Positions 27,191-35,821 of a stretch of DNA of 64,000 nucleotides are shown here, in pieces. Below the pieces are notes generated by a model. The model was not told the DNA's origin and ran no database searches. It was given only the letters and a program-made list of their open reading frames with translations. Source of the stretch: a virus (taxonomy: Duplodnaviria; Caudoviricetes). The stretch's first letter is position 1, and every line of letters begins with the position of its first letter. The stretch is taken from positions 1,028-65,027 of IMG/VR virus record IMGVR_UViG_3300042542_003367; one strand, 5' to 3'. Both the position numbers and the translations under genes were made by a program.

Positions 27191-27394
27191 TTACCCGCCT
27201 TTTTGTTCGTTCACAATCTGGTCTAATTGACCTGATAACTCAACCACTGAGTCCACACAATTCCCTAATTCGGAACTTGTACAATGGTCAAATTGACCAT
27301 CCACATTCTCCACTTTTATGTCAATTAGCGCGTGACGTAATATGTTTACCGCTAATTTCAATTCATCAATAATTTTACCCTGCTTTACTGTCAT
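27191..27394 (-). CDS. Small hypothetical protein
   Basis: GGGGG RBS; packs with neighbours. Confidence 0.55.
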   Translation of the reverse strand: MTVKQGKIIDELKLAVNILRHALIDIKVENVDGQFDHCTSSELGNCVDSVVELSGQLDQIVNEQKGG

Positions 27395-27404
27395 GGTTGC
27401 CCCC

Positions 27405-28361
27405 TTACTTTAAAGTAATATACATCCGGTTGTTATCGAACTTTGACCACATGCACTTCACATCGCGGTAACTGTTAGATACCGACATCGTTGATTGTTT
27501 CTGAGCGTGTGCAACTTTCTTAACGGTAAATTCTTGCCCGCCGTAACTCTTAATCACTGTGCCACGCTTTTTCAGGTCGTCCACGGTTGCAAGGCGATAA
27601 CCTTCCGGCATTGCACTCGCTATCTGCTGTATCCATGCTTCTTTTTCAGCTTGCTTAATACGCTTTTTCGCATTCTCTTCTTCTGCGCGTTGCGCCCAGT
27701 ATGCTTTGCTCTCTTCATCCTTAACGCGCTCTGCTTCCGCTTGTACCGCTTGTGCTTCCACAATCTGGTCAGCAGTCAGTCCGGTCAAAGTCTGAATAAA
27801 CTGGTCAACATCACACTCCATGATATAAGACAGGTCAATGATAATATACCATGTGGGTAATCCCCACATCTTTAGCGGTTGACCAACGGCAATGTTACCA
27901 TGACAGAATTCCATCGCGGGCTTACCAAAGTTGAAATAAATTTCCTCAGCGTCCTTCATATCCTTACAACTGGTGAATACGTGGAAGCCGTTGCTATCCA
28001 TTTGTGTGCGCCAGATATTATCGAATGAGCGGAGACTGTGTGCTATTGCCCGCTTTTTACCTATGTCAATAGCGTTATACTTCACGCCCAGACTCTTATT
28101 ACCATTCTGAATGAGATTTTTATACACAACTCCACTACCTGTGTAATTCCACACGCCGTGAACGGTAATTTGTGTCTTATAAGTTAATATCGAAAAGCCC
28201 TGATTTTCCAGTGCCAACATTGCTTCAATAGACAGTCCACCTTCCAGACTGTCAACTATATCCTGTGGAATAACCTTGCCCGGACATAAATTATTGCCCT
28301 TGCGGGTGTTGGTGAACGTGTCACTGGTATGCAGTACTTTGTCTATTTTCTGGTAATTCAT
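27405..28361 (-). CDS. Hypothetical early protein
   Basis: 318-aa ORF behind its own promoter and AAAGGGG RBS. Confidence 0.75.
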   Translation of the reverse strand: MNYQKIDKVLHTSDTFTNTRKGNNLCPGKVIPQDIVDSLEGGLSIEAMLALENQGFSILTYKTQITVHGVWNYTGSGVVYKNLIQNGNKSLGVKYNAIDIGKKRAIAHSLRSFDNIWRTQMDSNGFHVFTSCKDMKDAEEIYFNFGKPAMEFCHGNIAVGQPLKMWGLPTWYIIIDLSYIMECDVDQFIQTLTGLTADQIVEAQAVQAEAERVKDEESKAYWAQRAEEENAKKRIKQAEKEAWIQQIASAMPEGYRLATVDDLKKRGTVIKSYGGQEFTVKKVAHAQKQSTMSVSNSYRDVKCMWSKFDNNRMYITLK

Positions 28362-28411
28362 GGTTTGCGCCCCTTTCTGCCGTCGGCAGTACGTTTCTTA
28401 ATTACGAGTAT

Positions 28412-28440
28412 ATTATAGCATATTGTATTGATGTTGTCAA
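28412..28440 (-). promoter_or_regulatory. Sigma70-type promoter with leader hairpin
   Basis: TTGACA-17bp-TATAAT; hairpin at 28377-28389. Confidence 0.85.
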
Positions 28441-28573
28441 TACCCCTGAGCAACTATTTGAAAAATTGATTTAAAAGCCCGTCACGGCACAGAATGACTA
28501 CCAGACAGGGAAATGGTCAAATATGTGCCAGATACGCGAAATTCGGCGGTCTGGCACGAAAAACGGCGGGTAA

Positions 28574-28885
28574 TTACAGGTTGTGTAATTGCTTTAGTCT
28601 GTGGTACTCTGCGTCTGCGTCCAGACAAGGCAATTTACGGAATAATTCACTCAGGCGGTAAACTTCCTGCTCTACCGTTGCATTGAGTCGCATAGGTTCA
28701 TCAGTCACTAACCAATAATCAGGATTACACGGCGGTTTACTGACAATTATGATACCTGTATCGCGCCCTTCCTTAAATGGCAGGTAATATACATAATACC
28801 GGATACTCGTATCTTGACACTGAATGTTAAACCAATGTTTAACTTCCAACTCTATCCGGTTGCACACATCTGACCATGTTTTCAT
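28574..28885 (-). CDS. Hypothetical early protein
   Basis: ATGA coupling, GGGGAG RBS. Confidence 0.65.
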   Translation of the reverse strand: MKTWSDVCNRIELEVKHWFNIQCQDTSIRYYVYYLPFKEGRDTGIIIVSKPPCNPDYWLVTDEPMRLNATVEQEVYRLSELFRKLPCLDADAEYHRLKQLHNL

Positions 28886-29301
28886 ATTCTCCCCCTTGCT
28901 TCCATTTGTTCGCGTATAATCTGCTTTAAGTGAAGCACGATTGACGCATATTTCCAGTCATGCACACCGCCAATTAAAGGTAATACACACCCCAGACAGG
29001 CTTCACGGCATTTATCCCATGAAATGTTAACCAACTCACTTTTCATAAATTCATCAATAATGTCGTCCTGAGCGGATGATGAATAAGCCCCCCACACCTT
29101 TTGCGCATATTGACGCGCACCCTCAGCAGGTAATAACGGCACAGACTCCGGCGAATTGCCTAACAGTTCCTGCGCCTGTTTCAACGCAACGGCATAATCC
29201 TGCAAGGTTAATAAAGCCCGCGCCCGGGTAACATTATCGGCAGAATATAAAGCCGGATTTATAACCGCTAAAAGTTCGTTTGCTAAATTGGTAATATACA
29301 T
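28882..29301 (-). CDS. Hypothetical early protein
   Basis: GGGGA RBS preceded by a CACCCTG/CAGGGTG hairpin. Confidence 0.65.
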   Translation of the reverse strand: MYITNLANELLAVINPALYSADNVTRARALLTLQDYAVALKQAQELLGNSPESVPLLPAEGARQYAQKVWGAYSSSAQDDIIDEFMKSELVNISWDKCREACLGCVLPLIGGVHDWKYASIVLHLKQIIREQMEARGRI

Positions 29302-29361
29302 AATATCCCCACACCCTGTATTATTATTGACCGCAGGGTGACGGCAGAAAGAAAGATAATA

Positions 29362-29592
29362 TTAGTTAACGCTGATATACTTTAAACGCTTGAAATTTCT
29401 GTAGTCACCTTTGCAGATGTAAAAGCCCACAACGTATTTGCCCCGCATTATCTGAGATACGCGCTGTCTGGCAATATCTACCATATTAGAAAATCGTAAC
29501 CGCCCGTCCAGTGGCATACAACCGTCACTACCGCACATCGGCGCAGGTTCACCACTTAAACCGTTTACGTAATACTCAGCGAAATACTTCAT
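29362..29592 (-). CDS. Small early protein (GSDG...LDGR motif)
   Basis: Own promoter and AAAGGGG RBS. Confidence 0.7.
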   Translation of the reverse strand: MKYFAEYYVNGLSGEPAPMCGSDGCMPLDGRLRFSNMVDIARQRVSQIMRGKYVVGFYICKGDYRNFKRLKYISVN

Positions 29593-29640
29593 AATTTACC
29601 CCTTTCTGCCGTCGGCAGTTCGTTTCTTATTTACAAGCAT

Positions 29641-29669
29641 ATTATACCATAATATCAGGTTATTGTCAA
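29641..29669 (-). promoter_or_regulatory. Sigma70-type promoter with leader hairpin
   Basis: TTGACA-17bp-TATAAT; hairpin at 29606-29618. Confidence 0.85.
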
Positions 29670-29992
29670 TACAGTTTGCGCCAATTTAAGGATAATCTCC
29701 GATAAATATCACGGCGCAGTTTATCCAGTTCCGTGTGCAATTCAATGGTAATATTCGGATTAGATATATATATCTGTGCTTCTGCGTCTAATCTCAGCAA
29801 CTCAAGCCCCAGACTCCGCTGATTTTCCACACACTCCAGACTATAGCAGTCATTTTTCGCTTCCTCTGGTGTAATATTCATTGTTTCCATACATAATTGC
29901 AGGTTGATATTGGTATTATATTCAACCGCTAAATTATCCCATGACTCTATAGCGTTTTGACCACACCCTAACAATTCGGTTACTGTTAACAT
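29666..29992 (-). CDS. Hypothetical early protein
   Basis: GGGGG RBS. Confidence 0.6.
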   Translation of the reverse strand: MLTVTELLGCGQNAIESWDNLAVEYNTNINLQLCMETMNITPEEAKNDCYSLECVENQRSLGLELLRLDAEAQIYISNPNITIELHTELDKLRRDIYRRLSLNWRKLY

Positions 29993-30007
29993 AATATACC
30001 CCCTGAT

Positions 30008-30349
30008 TTAATAAACTTGCGCGGTACTGAGCATTGTATCAATGCGTTGCATTATCCGGCGGTTGTCTGCGTGTTTTAATTCAGCATGACAAGAGACACA
30101 CCGTTTCTCATTCAACGCATTAGCACACCCCGCGCAGATATTGCCCGCTATCCGCAAATTCTCTTCACCAATTAATTGATACAAATACCGCAAACGGTTG
30201 GTAATATCAGTTAATTGCTTCACACAGTACCCGTGAAATTCTTTATCTTCACCGCGCAATTTATTTTGTTCAACCTGCGACGTTTGGTACTGAAAATCAT
30301 TCATCAAACTTTCTATTTCACTCTTGATATTTTGTAATTCGGTTTGCAT
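30008..30349 (-). CDS. Hypothetical early protein with CxxC pairs
   Basis: GGGGG RBS; CAGC and CVSC. Confidence 0.6.
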   Translation of the reverse strand: MQTELQNIKSEIESLMNDFQYQTSQVEQNKLRGEDKEFHGYCVKQLTDITNRLRYLYQLIGEENLRIAGNICAGCANALNEKRCVSCHAELKHADNRRIMQRIDTMLSTAQVY

Positions 30350-30363
30350 AATATACCCCCGCT

Positions 30364-30585
30364 TTATTGCATTAACAATATTTTCTCAACTAAGTACCGC
30401 GCCCCGTGAGTCTGTGTGCGCAGGTATTTCAATTCACGCTGATTAACAAAATCAGTATCCATGAGAGCAACCGGATTTTTTAAGCCGGATTTTACTTTGT
30501 TCATGCCGTGAGATTTACGGCGCAGATTATTTGCAACCTGCTTTTTATCACTTTTTAAACTGTCTTTATATATTCTTAATGCCAT
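30364..30585 (-). CDS. Small basic protein
   Basis: Start at MALRI after AGGGG. Confidence 0.55.
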   Translation of the reverse strand: MALRIYKDSLKSDKKQVANNLRRKSHGMNKVKSGLKNPVALMDTDFVNQRELKYLRTQTHGARYLVEKILLMQ

Positions 30586-30636
30586 AATATATACACCCCT
30601 TAAACTTAATATACCCACACGTTCGATTATTCGGTA

Positions 30637-30855
30637 TTAATACCCCGCGTCACCAAGCCCGCAATTATCCGCAAACATTTGCCCGCGTAAATCCTTTGCG
30701 GTCTGTGACGTTTCACAATACGCCTTTTTATCCGCAGGGTAATATGCTATAGACTCGCCTTTTTTAATCGGTTTGCCCGTTTCTGCGCACACACTGTCAA
30801 ATTTCGCAGTGGTAAAATATGGTACTGAATTATAATATCGTTTGTAATATCCCAT
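30637..30855 (-). CDS. Small early protein
   Basis: AKFDSVCAETGKPIKKGE...YC pattern; AAGGGG RBS. Confidence 0.7.
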   Translation of the reverse strand: MGYYKRYYNSVPYFTTAKFDSVCAETGKPIKKGESIAYYPADKKAYCETSQTAKDLRGQMFADNCGLGDAGY

Positions 30856-30876
30856 GATACACCCCTTTACTGGTGA

Positions 30877-31017
30877 TTAATATACCCGGCGCAATGGTTT
30901 AATTTCCACTGCATAACCATTATTTACAAATATGACGTGAATTTGATATTTATGCTTATTCGCGTTTATCCATTCGTCACGCTCTATATAAGAGTCGAAA
31001 AATTTTGTTTCCCACAT
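30877..31017 (-). CDS. 46-aa ORF missed by the track (MWETKFFDSY...RRVY)
   Basis: GAGGGGG RBS; fills the gap between co-oriented genes. Confidence 0.6.
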   Translation of the reverse strand: MWETKFFDSYIERDEWINANKHKYQIHVIFVNNGYAVEIKPLRRVY

Positions 31018-31019
31018 GA

Positions 31020-31220
31020 TTACGCGCCCCCCTCTATTTTATATTGTACATAGTGTAAAACAGGGTATCCGCAACGCTTGCCCTCATTAAACCATTTCAT
31101 AATTTCTGCGCAACGTTCCTTATCAGTGATTTTAATAGTTCCGCCTTGTACCCATAATTCCAGTGTGCCGTCTGTATTGACTGCTATATTTTTTAAAACA
31201 TAACCTTTTAAAATACCCAT
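31020..31220 (-). CDS. Small early protein
   Basis: Start at MGILK after GGGGG. Confidence 0.6.
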   Translation of the reverse strand: MGILKGYVLKNIAVNTDGTLELWVQGGTIKITDKERCAEIMKWFNEGKRCGYPVLHYVQYKIEGGA

Positions 31221-31287
31221 AATGAATACCCCCGCTTGATTAGTCACCCGCGGGGATTTTACACCCCGCAGAATTAATATCCGGCTT

Positions 31288-31533
31288 TTAGTTCGCTGAG
31301 TTAATCAACTTCACTAAATCATCCTGTGAAACTTTCTGTGCGTCACCATACCCGGCTAAATTAATATGTTGACTGGTAGTGCGGGAAAATTTCTCACTGG
31401 TTTGATACTTGTGGATACCGTCACGTAAAATCGTCACCGCTACAGGTGTGGAATAAGAGAATAAAATTCTCGCATTGCCCACAGTTACGATATTGCAGTT
31501 GGTTGCAATGTTGTCTAATTGAACGTTTGGCAT
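31288..31533 (-). CDS. Small early protein (SYxTPVA...SxTTxxH pattern)
   Basis: Pattern recurrent in phage early regions; own promoter. Confidence 0.7.
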   Translation of the reverse strand: MPNVQLDNIATNCNIVTVGNARILFSYSTPVAVTILRDGIHKYQTSEKFSRTTSQHINLAGYGDAQKVSQDDLVKLINSAN

Positions 31534-31585
31534 TCTTTGTACCCCTTTCTACCCGCAGGTAGTAACCTTTCTTTATTACGCATAT

Positions 31586-31614
31586 ATTATATCATATTGT
31601 ATTGACCTTGTCAA
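31586..31614 (-). promoter_or_regulatory. Sigma70-type promoter with leader hairpin
   Basis: TTGACA-17bp-TATAAT; hairpin at 31549-31562. Confidence 0.85.
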
Positions 31615-31639
31615 TACCTTTTACAAACTATTTTTAAAA

Positions 31640-31882
31640 CTAAATCACCACTGCGAAACTATCACCTTGATACTGCACTATTTTACAGGATTGAAACCAA
31701 CGCCCAGAATCTGGATATAAAATACCAATTATATCACTCACGTCATTATCACCAATTAAACCAGATATAAGAGTATCAACATCACAGTCAACTGTATCCG
31801 GTATAAAATCCTGTATTTTACGCGGTATTACTAAATACTCATCATTGCAACTGTTAATCAATAATAAATTGCGGTCATTCAT
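31640..31882 (-). CDS. Small acidic early protein, first gene of the left arm
   Basis: AAAGGGGGGG RBS; Asp-rich. Confidence 0.6.
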   Translation of the reverse strand: MNDRNLLLINSCNDEYLVIPRKIQDFIPDTVDCDVDTLISGLIGDNDVSDIIGILYPDSGRWFQSCKIVQYQGDSFAVVI

Positions 31883-31951
31883 TATACCCCCCCTTTCAGT
31901 CTGTGCAGACTGTAAAAACCATTTAAAATGTGTAAACCTTATTACCCCTAT

Positions 31952-31980
31952 ATAATACCATAATCAATACAGTTTGTCAA
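31952..31980 (-). promoter_or_regulatory. Sigma70-type promoter
   Basis: TTGACA-17bp-TATTAT; hairpin at 31897-31912. Confidence 0.75.
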
Positions 31981-32481
31981 TAGCACAATATACCCACACG
32001 GCAGAAGTATTATATATAAGATTAAAAGAATACTATACTAAACTGCTAAAAATTAGTTAAACCAGATTAATACATATTTAATTAATACTTAACGTTTAGT
32101 TTAATTAATGAAATGATGAAAAATTAACTAAATTTTAACTAATTTTATTAATCGTTTAGTTTTTTAATGGTAAAAAAAATCATGCCGATTTTTAGAGAGT
32201 CTACCCTAAACATTAGAATTGACGATTTATAGATACCAGATACAACCAAAATACGCCGGATTTTAACCGAAATTGACCAAAAACACACAGACACACCAAT
32301 ACCCACACACAAACAAATAACAGACAACGGGGCATGAGTTACAATACACCCCAGAAATACACCAAAAACCGCGATTTTTTATCGATATAGTTTTATCGAT
32401 TAAAATAGTTTTGTGATACAAACGTTGCAATATTGATACTGTGGGCTGTGGGGCTGTGATTCTACTCTCAATGGCGTATAG

Positions 32482-33050
32482 TAAAAACAGTATTAAGTTG
32501 TTAAAAGTTTCTACCTGTCTAATATAAACATTATTGAAAAAGGGTGAAAAGCAGGGAAAATGGTGACGATTAGGGGCTATTTTATTAGAATTTTGAGTAC
32601 AACAATTTACAATACATTGCAACTGTGGGGCTTTGGTTACTATATATTACTTTGAAATACTGGAATTTACTGTCTAACGTTCACCTCTTCTACATTTGAG
32701 CTTAAAAAGATTTTTTTTTTGAATATTTTTTTATATTTTGATGATTCCATGATTCACTGATACTACCCAAATAATAATAATCATAATATTTTATTAGAAT
32801 CGTCTTTTTTTTCAAAATAAAAGTTTTTTAATCTCAAATGTAGACGATATGAATCTCCCGCTTTATTTTCCAGTAAATCCACATGCAATGTGGCACAGTA
32901 TTGTAAATAGTTGTAAATTTGTCCTATATAACCAGACTAAAACATGTGGAAATTTCCGCTTAAATTGACACATATTCAATTCTCCAACAATAGTGCAAAT
33001 ATTAGACACACTATAAATTCTCAATTTTGCCTAAAGTTCTATTGTTTTTA
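32482..33050. repeat. Long imperfect inverted repeat centred near 32760
   Basis: tacaacaatttacaatac/gtattgtaaatagttgta; tctacatttgagcttaaaaa/tttttaatctcaaatgtaga; tactggaa/ttccagta; tgtctaatat/atattagaca. Confidence 0.75.
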
Positions 33051-33394
33051 TTAGACACTTTATAATAAAATGGGTAGACGACCAAAATGGCACAATAATA
33101 CTATAAAACAGGCTATTTTTAGCACATTTAGCCACATTTTGGCAGTAATATGCTATTAATGTATATATAAGTAATATTGTTACACAATGCAATTTTGCTA
33201 TTTTTCGCTCAGACCCACAGATTTTACGTTTTTTGTATCGTTCCAACAGTAATAAAAAATGACTGTTTTGAAGGGTATTTTACGATTTTATCGTAATATT
33301 CAGTGCTTTTTTATAGTAATATTGCCGTTTTTCATAGTTTTATAGTTTATTTATTAGATAGTGAAATTGGGCTTTTAGTCTGTGTGATAGTGTA

Positions 33395-33424
33395 TTGACA
33401 GATATTGGTGATATGTTGTATAAT
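33395..33424 (+). promoter_or_regulatory. Sigma70-type promoter, rightward
   Basis: GTATTGACA-18bp-TATAAT; leader hairpin CGGC-ATAA-GCCG before GAAGGGG. Confidence 0.8.
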
Positions 33425-33465
33425 GGATGCAGAAATTAAACGGCATAAGCCGGAAGGGGTACACT

Positions 33466-34032
33466 ATGAACGAATTACAATTTACCATCAAGCGCGGAGA
33501 TGTTGAGAAGCGTATCAACGCAAAGTCAGTAAGTGGTAGTTATAATCCGGGCGAACTCTTTATTGAGTTATCACCCGCACAAGTGAACAATATCAACAAA
33601 CATTTTAAAATTGACAGTGACACACTGGTGATTACCTGCCACAATGATATATGTTTTATAAAGGAAATATCTACCCGTCGAAATGGTAATTTAAGTATGG
33701 TAATACAGGTTAAACCTGCAACCGCGCACGAAAGATGGCAAGCACAACAAAAGGCAAAAGAATTAAGATTAAAGAGAGCAGAAGCAAGCATACAGGCGCG
33801 CGCAGAAGCTGAAGCACAGACACAGAGAGACACAGAAGCACAGGCGCAGGAAATTACACTGCAATTCCAAGCCGTAACTAAAATGGGTAGTATGGTCAAT
33901 GCGTCTTTTAAAATTGATATTAATTGCAGTATGGCACAAGTGGAAAATCTGCTGAGAGACTCGGGATACATCCAATATCGCGTAATAGGTATGGATAAAA
34001 TGATTAAATTAACAGGTAACATAGACAAGTAA
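33466..34032 (+). CDS. Hypothetical protein
   Basis: Start at MNELQ after GAAGGGG. Confidence 0.7.
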   Translation: MNELQFTIKRGDVEKRINAKSVSGSYNPGELFIELSPAQVNNINKHFKIDSDTLVITCHNDICFIKEISTRRNGNLSMVIQVKPATAHERWQAQQKAKELRLKRAEASIQARAEAEAQTQRDTEAQAQEITLQFQAVTKMGSMVNASFKIDINCSMAQVENLLRDSGYIQYRVIGMDKMIKLTGNIDK

Positions 34033-34171
34033 TATATACGCCGTGACGCACAGACTACCCGCAAACAAGCGCAGGGCGCATGGCAGGGCGCGGGGTCTGT
34101 GCGGTTGGTGATATAGGCGAGTTGTGATATAATGATGACACGGGAAAATACCCGAAAGGAGAAAAAAGACA

Positions 34172-34687
34172 ATGAAACACTTACACACCCAACGCGCAAT
34201 AGCTTCACAGGCTATAGCTAATCAAATGATGATGGATACTGCGCGCACAGGCGGAAGCAGTCGACATGGAGACGGAACCACACCGCAGACCGGATACGCT
34301 ATAGCAGTAGAAACCTGCAAGGCAATCACAGACACGGCAGACCTGCAAGCTGTTATATTATCCGGTTATGACAGACCCGGCATCCAATCAAAGCAGGAAT
34401 TTTTCGGTGTATGGATTGACCCCGTAACCGGTGAAACGTTGGCGGAAATATCCGAAGCTATCCCCGAAGCCGTAACCGCTTTACGCACTGCGCGCGCCCG
34501 CTCACAGTATAGCGTTTGGTCATTCGCCGACAACCGCGAGTATACACTTGCTCAGCTTGCAGAAATCGTTATCAAAGAAGCACAGACCCGCGAGGAAGAA
34601 AACACGCGCGCCGGATTAATGACAGACGCGCCACACCTGCGCGCGCCGTTGGATATTTGGGATAGATTAAGAAGCGAATTAAACTAA
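34172..34687 (+). CDS. Hypothetical protein, possibly SAM-lyase-like fold
   Basis: AAGGAG RBS; GG...P.TGYA...GVWID..TG....E.S...A....Q..VW pattern. Confidence 0.65.
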   Translation: MKHLHTQRAIASQAIANQMMMDTARTGGSSRHGDGTTPQTGYAIAVETCKAITDTADLQAVILSGYDRPGIQSKQEFFGVWIDPVTGETLAEISEAIPEAVTALRTARARSQYSVWSFADNREYTLAQLAEIVIKEAQTREEENTRAGLMTDAPHLRAPLDIWDRLRSELN

Positions 34688-34702
34688 ACGCACAGACGCA
34701 CA

Positions 34703-34726
34703 GACCCGGCAGACCTTTGCCGGGTC
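34703..34726 (+). terminator. Terminator-like hairpin
   Basis: GACCCGGCA/TGCCGGGTC right after the stop. Confidence 0.55.
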
Positions 34727-35173
34727 AATTCTGCTTTACCAGTAATCCCGAAACTTTATGCCATTTTCTGAATTTCTGGCGGCTTTTGCTGGCGCAAAAG
34801 ATTTATTAGGGATAGCGGAATACCTGCCGATTTATACTTTTACTTATTCTGCGGAAACCACTGCCAACGCGCTGGACAGCCAGAATACCCACAGCCACAC
34901 AGCGTCATTGTTTATCCCAAACTACAAACCAAAGTCTCCTTTTTATCACATCGCCGCACAGTTTTCTTGTTTGTATACAATTTGCGTATTTTCCCCACAG
35001 TATATAGAAGTGGCAAAGCCCCACAGCCTCAAGGTAAGAGAGGTAACCTTTAGTTGTGGGACTTTGTTGGTATAGATTGTATCATTTTTGTGTAGTGTGT
35101 TGCAATTTGCGGTATATGTATTGTAATTTTCGTTATAAAGGTGTATATTGTTTTTAGCAGGTGGTGTTTTTAC

Positions 35174-35821
35174 ATGTCGATAGAATTTGATGAGAGGGGC
35201 AATATAATCCGTAAGATAGGCGGCGATGTTGAGTCGAGCGATGGTGTTCGTATCAATCGTTTTGGCTTGCCTGATGATGTTTTGGATTTATTTGACAGCT
35301 TGCCTTTCGATTTAGAGATACCTCGTGACTTTTTGTTTGGTAGTAAGTTAAAGAAAGTTATTACTAAGGTGGACATAGAGAAGATTTATAGAAGGTTGAG
35401 GATTGGTGGTCACTTGTCTATTATATTGAAGTTATTAAGGATACCGGAAGATGTATTTGTGGAGTTGCTGGCTTATGGTCGTGTAAAGGATTGTGTGTGG
35501 ACGGTTGTGGATTTGATAGTGACGTATGGTTTTGACGAGCCTATTACGAGTTGTTTGGAAGTTATCCACGAGAGTATACGGGACGGCAGGAACTTGAACA
35601 GTGTGGCGTGGATGTTGCGGGACTATTATGGTGTTGCTAATGGTGGAGACCGTGCGCCGGAGAATGTGACGGTGGTGAAGAAGGACAAGGACGAGAGTGG
35701 TTATATGGACGATTTGACACGTCGTGCGTTGAATATTAAGACATCTGGCGGCAACAAAGCGTTAGAAAGTCGTGTTGATGCGATTGTGGATGAGAAGATG
35801 AACAGCGGGGGTATTCAGTGA
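35174..35821 (+). CDS. Terminase small subunit (putative)
   Basis: Directly upstream of and overlapping TerL; helical protein with an AWML segment. Confidence 0.6.
   Translation: MSIEFDERGNIIRKIGGDVESSDGVRINRFGLPDDVLDLFDSLPFDLEIPRDFLFGSKLKKVITKVDIEKIYRRLRIGGHLSIILKLLRIPEDVFVELLAYGRVKDCVWTVVDLIVTYGFDEPITSCLEVIHESIRDGRNLNSVAWMLRDYYGVANGGDRAPENVTVVKKDKDESGYMDDLTRRALNIKTSGGNKALESRVDAIVDEKMNSGGIQ

Noticed and set aside
26539-31980. CRISPR array or integron-like cassette array
   Set aside because: Repeats are promoters and leaders with gene-sized irregular spacing; no cas or integrase gene and no attC-like structure.
32263-33246. Track ORFs 32263-32622 and 33031-33246
   Set aside because: They lie in AT-rich palindromic DNA, lack clear RBSs and have low-complexity composition.
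33540-35075. ORFs 33540-34208 (minus) and 34758-35075 (plus)
   Set aside because: The first is an antisense shadow of 33466-34032; the second has no RBS, follows a terminator-like hairpin and spans the CCCACAG motif cluster.
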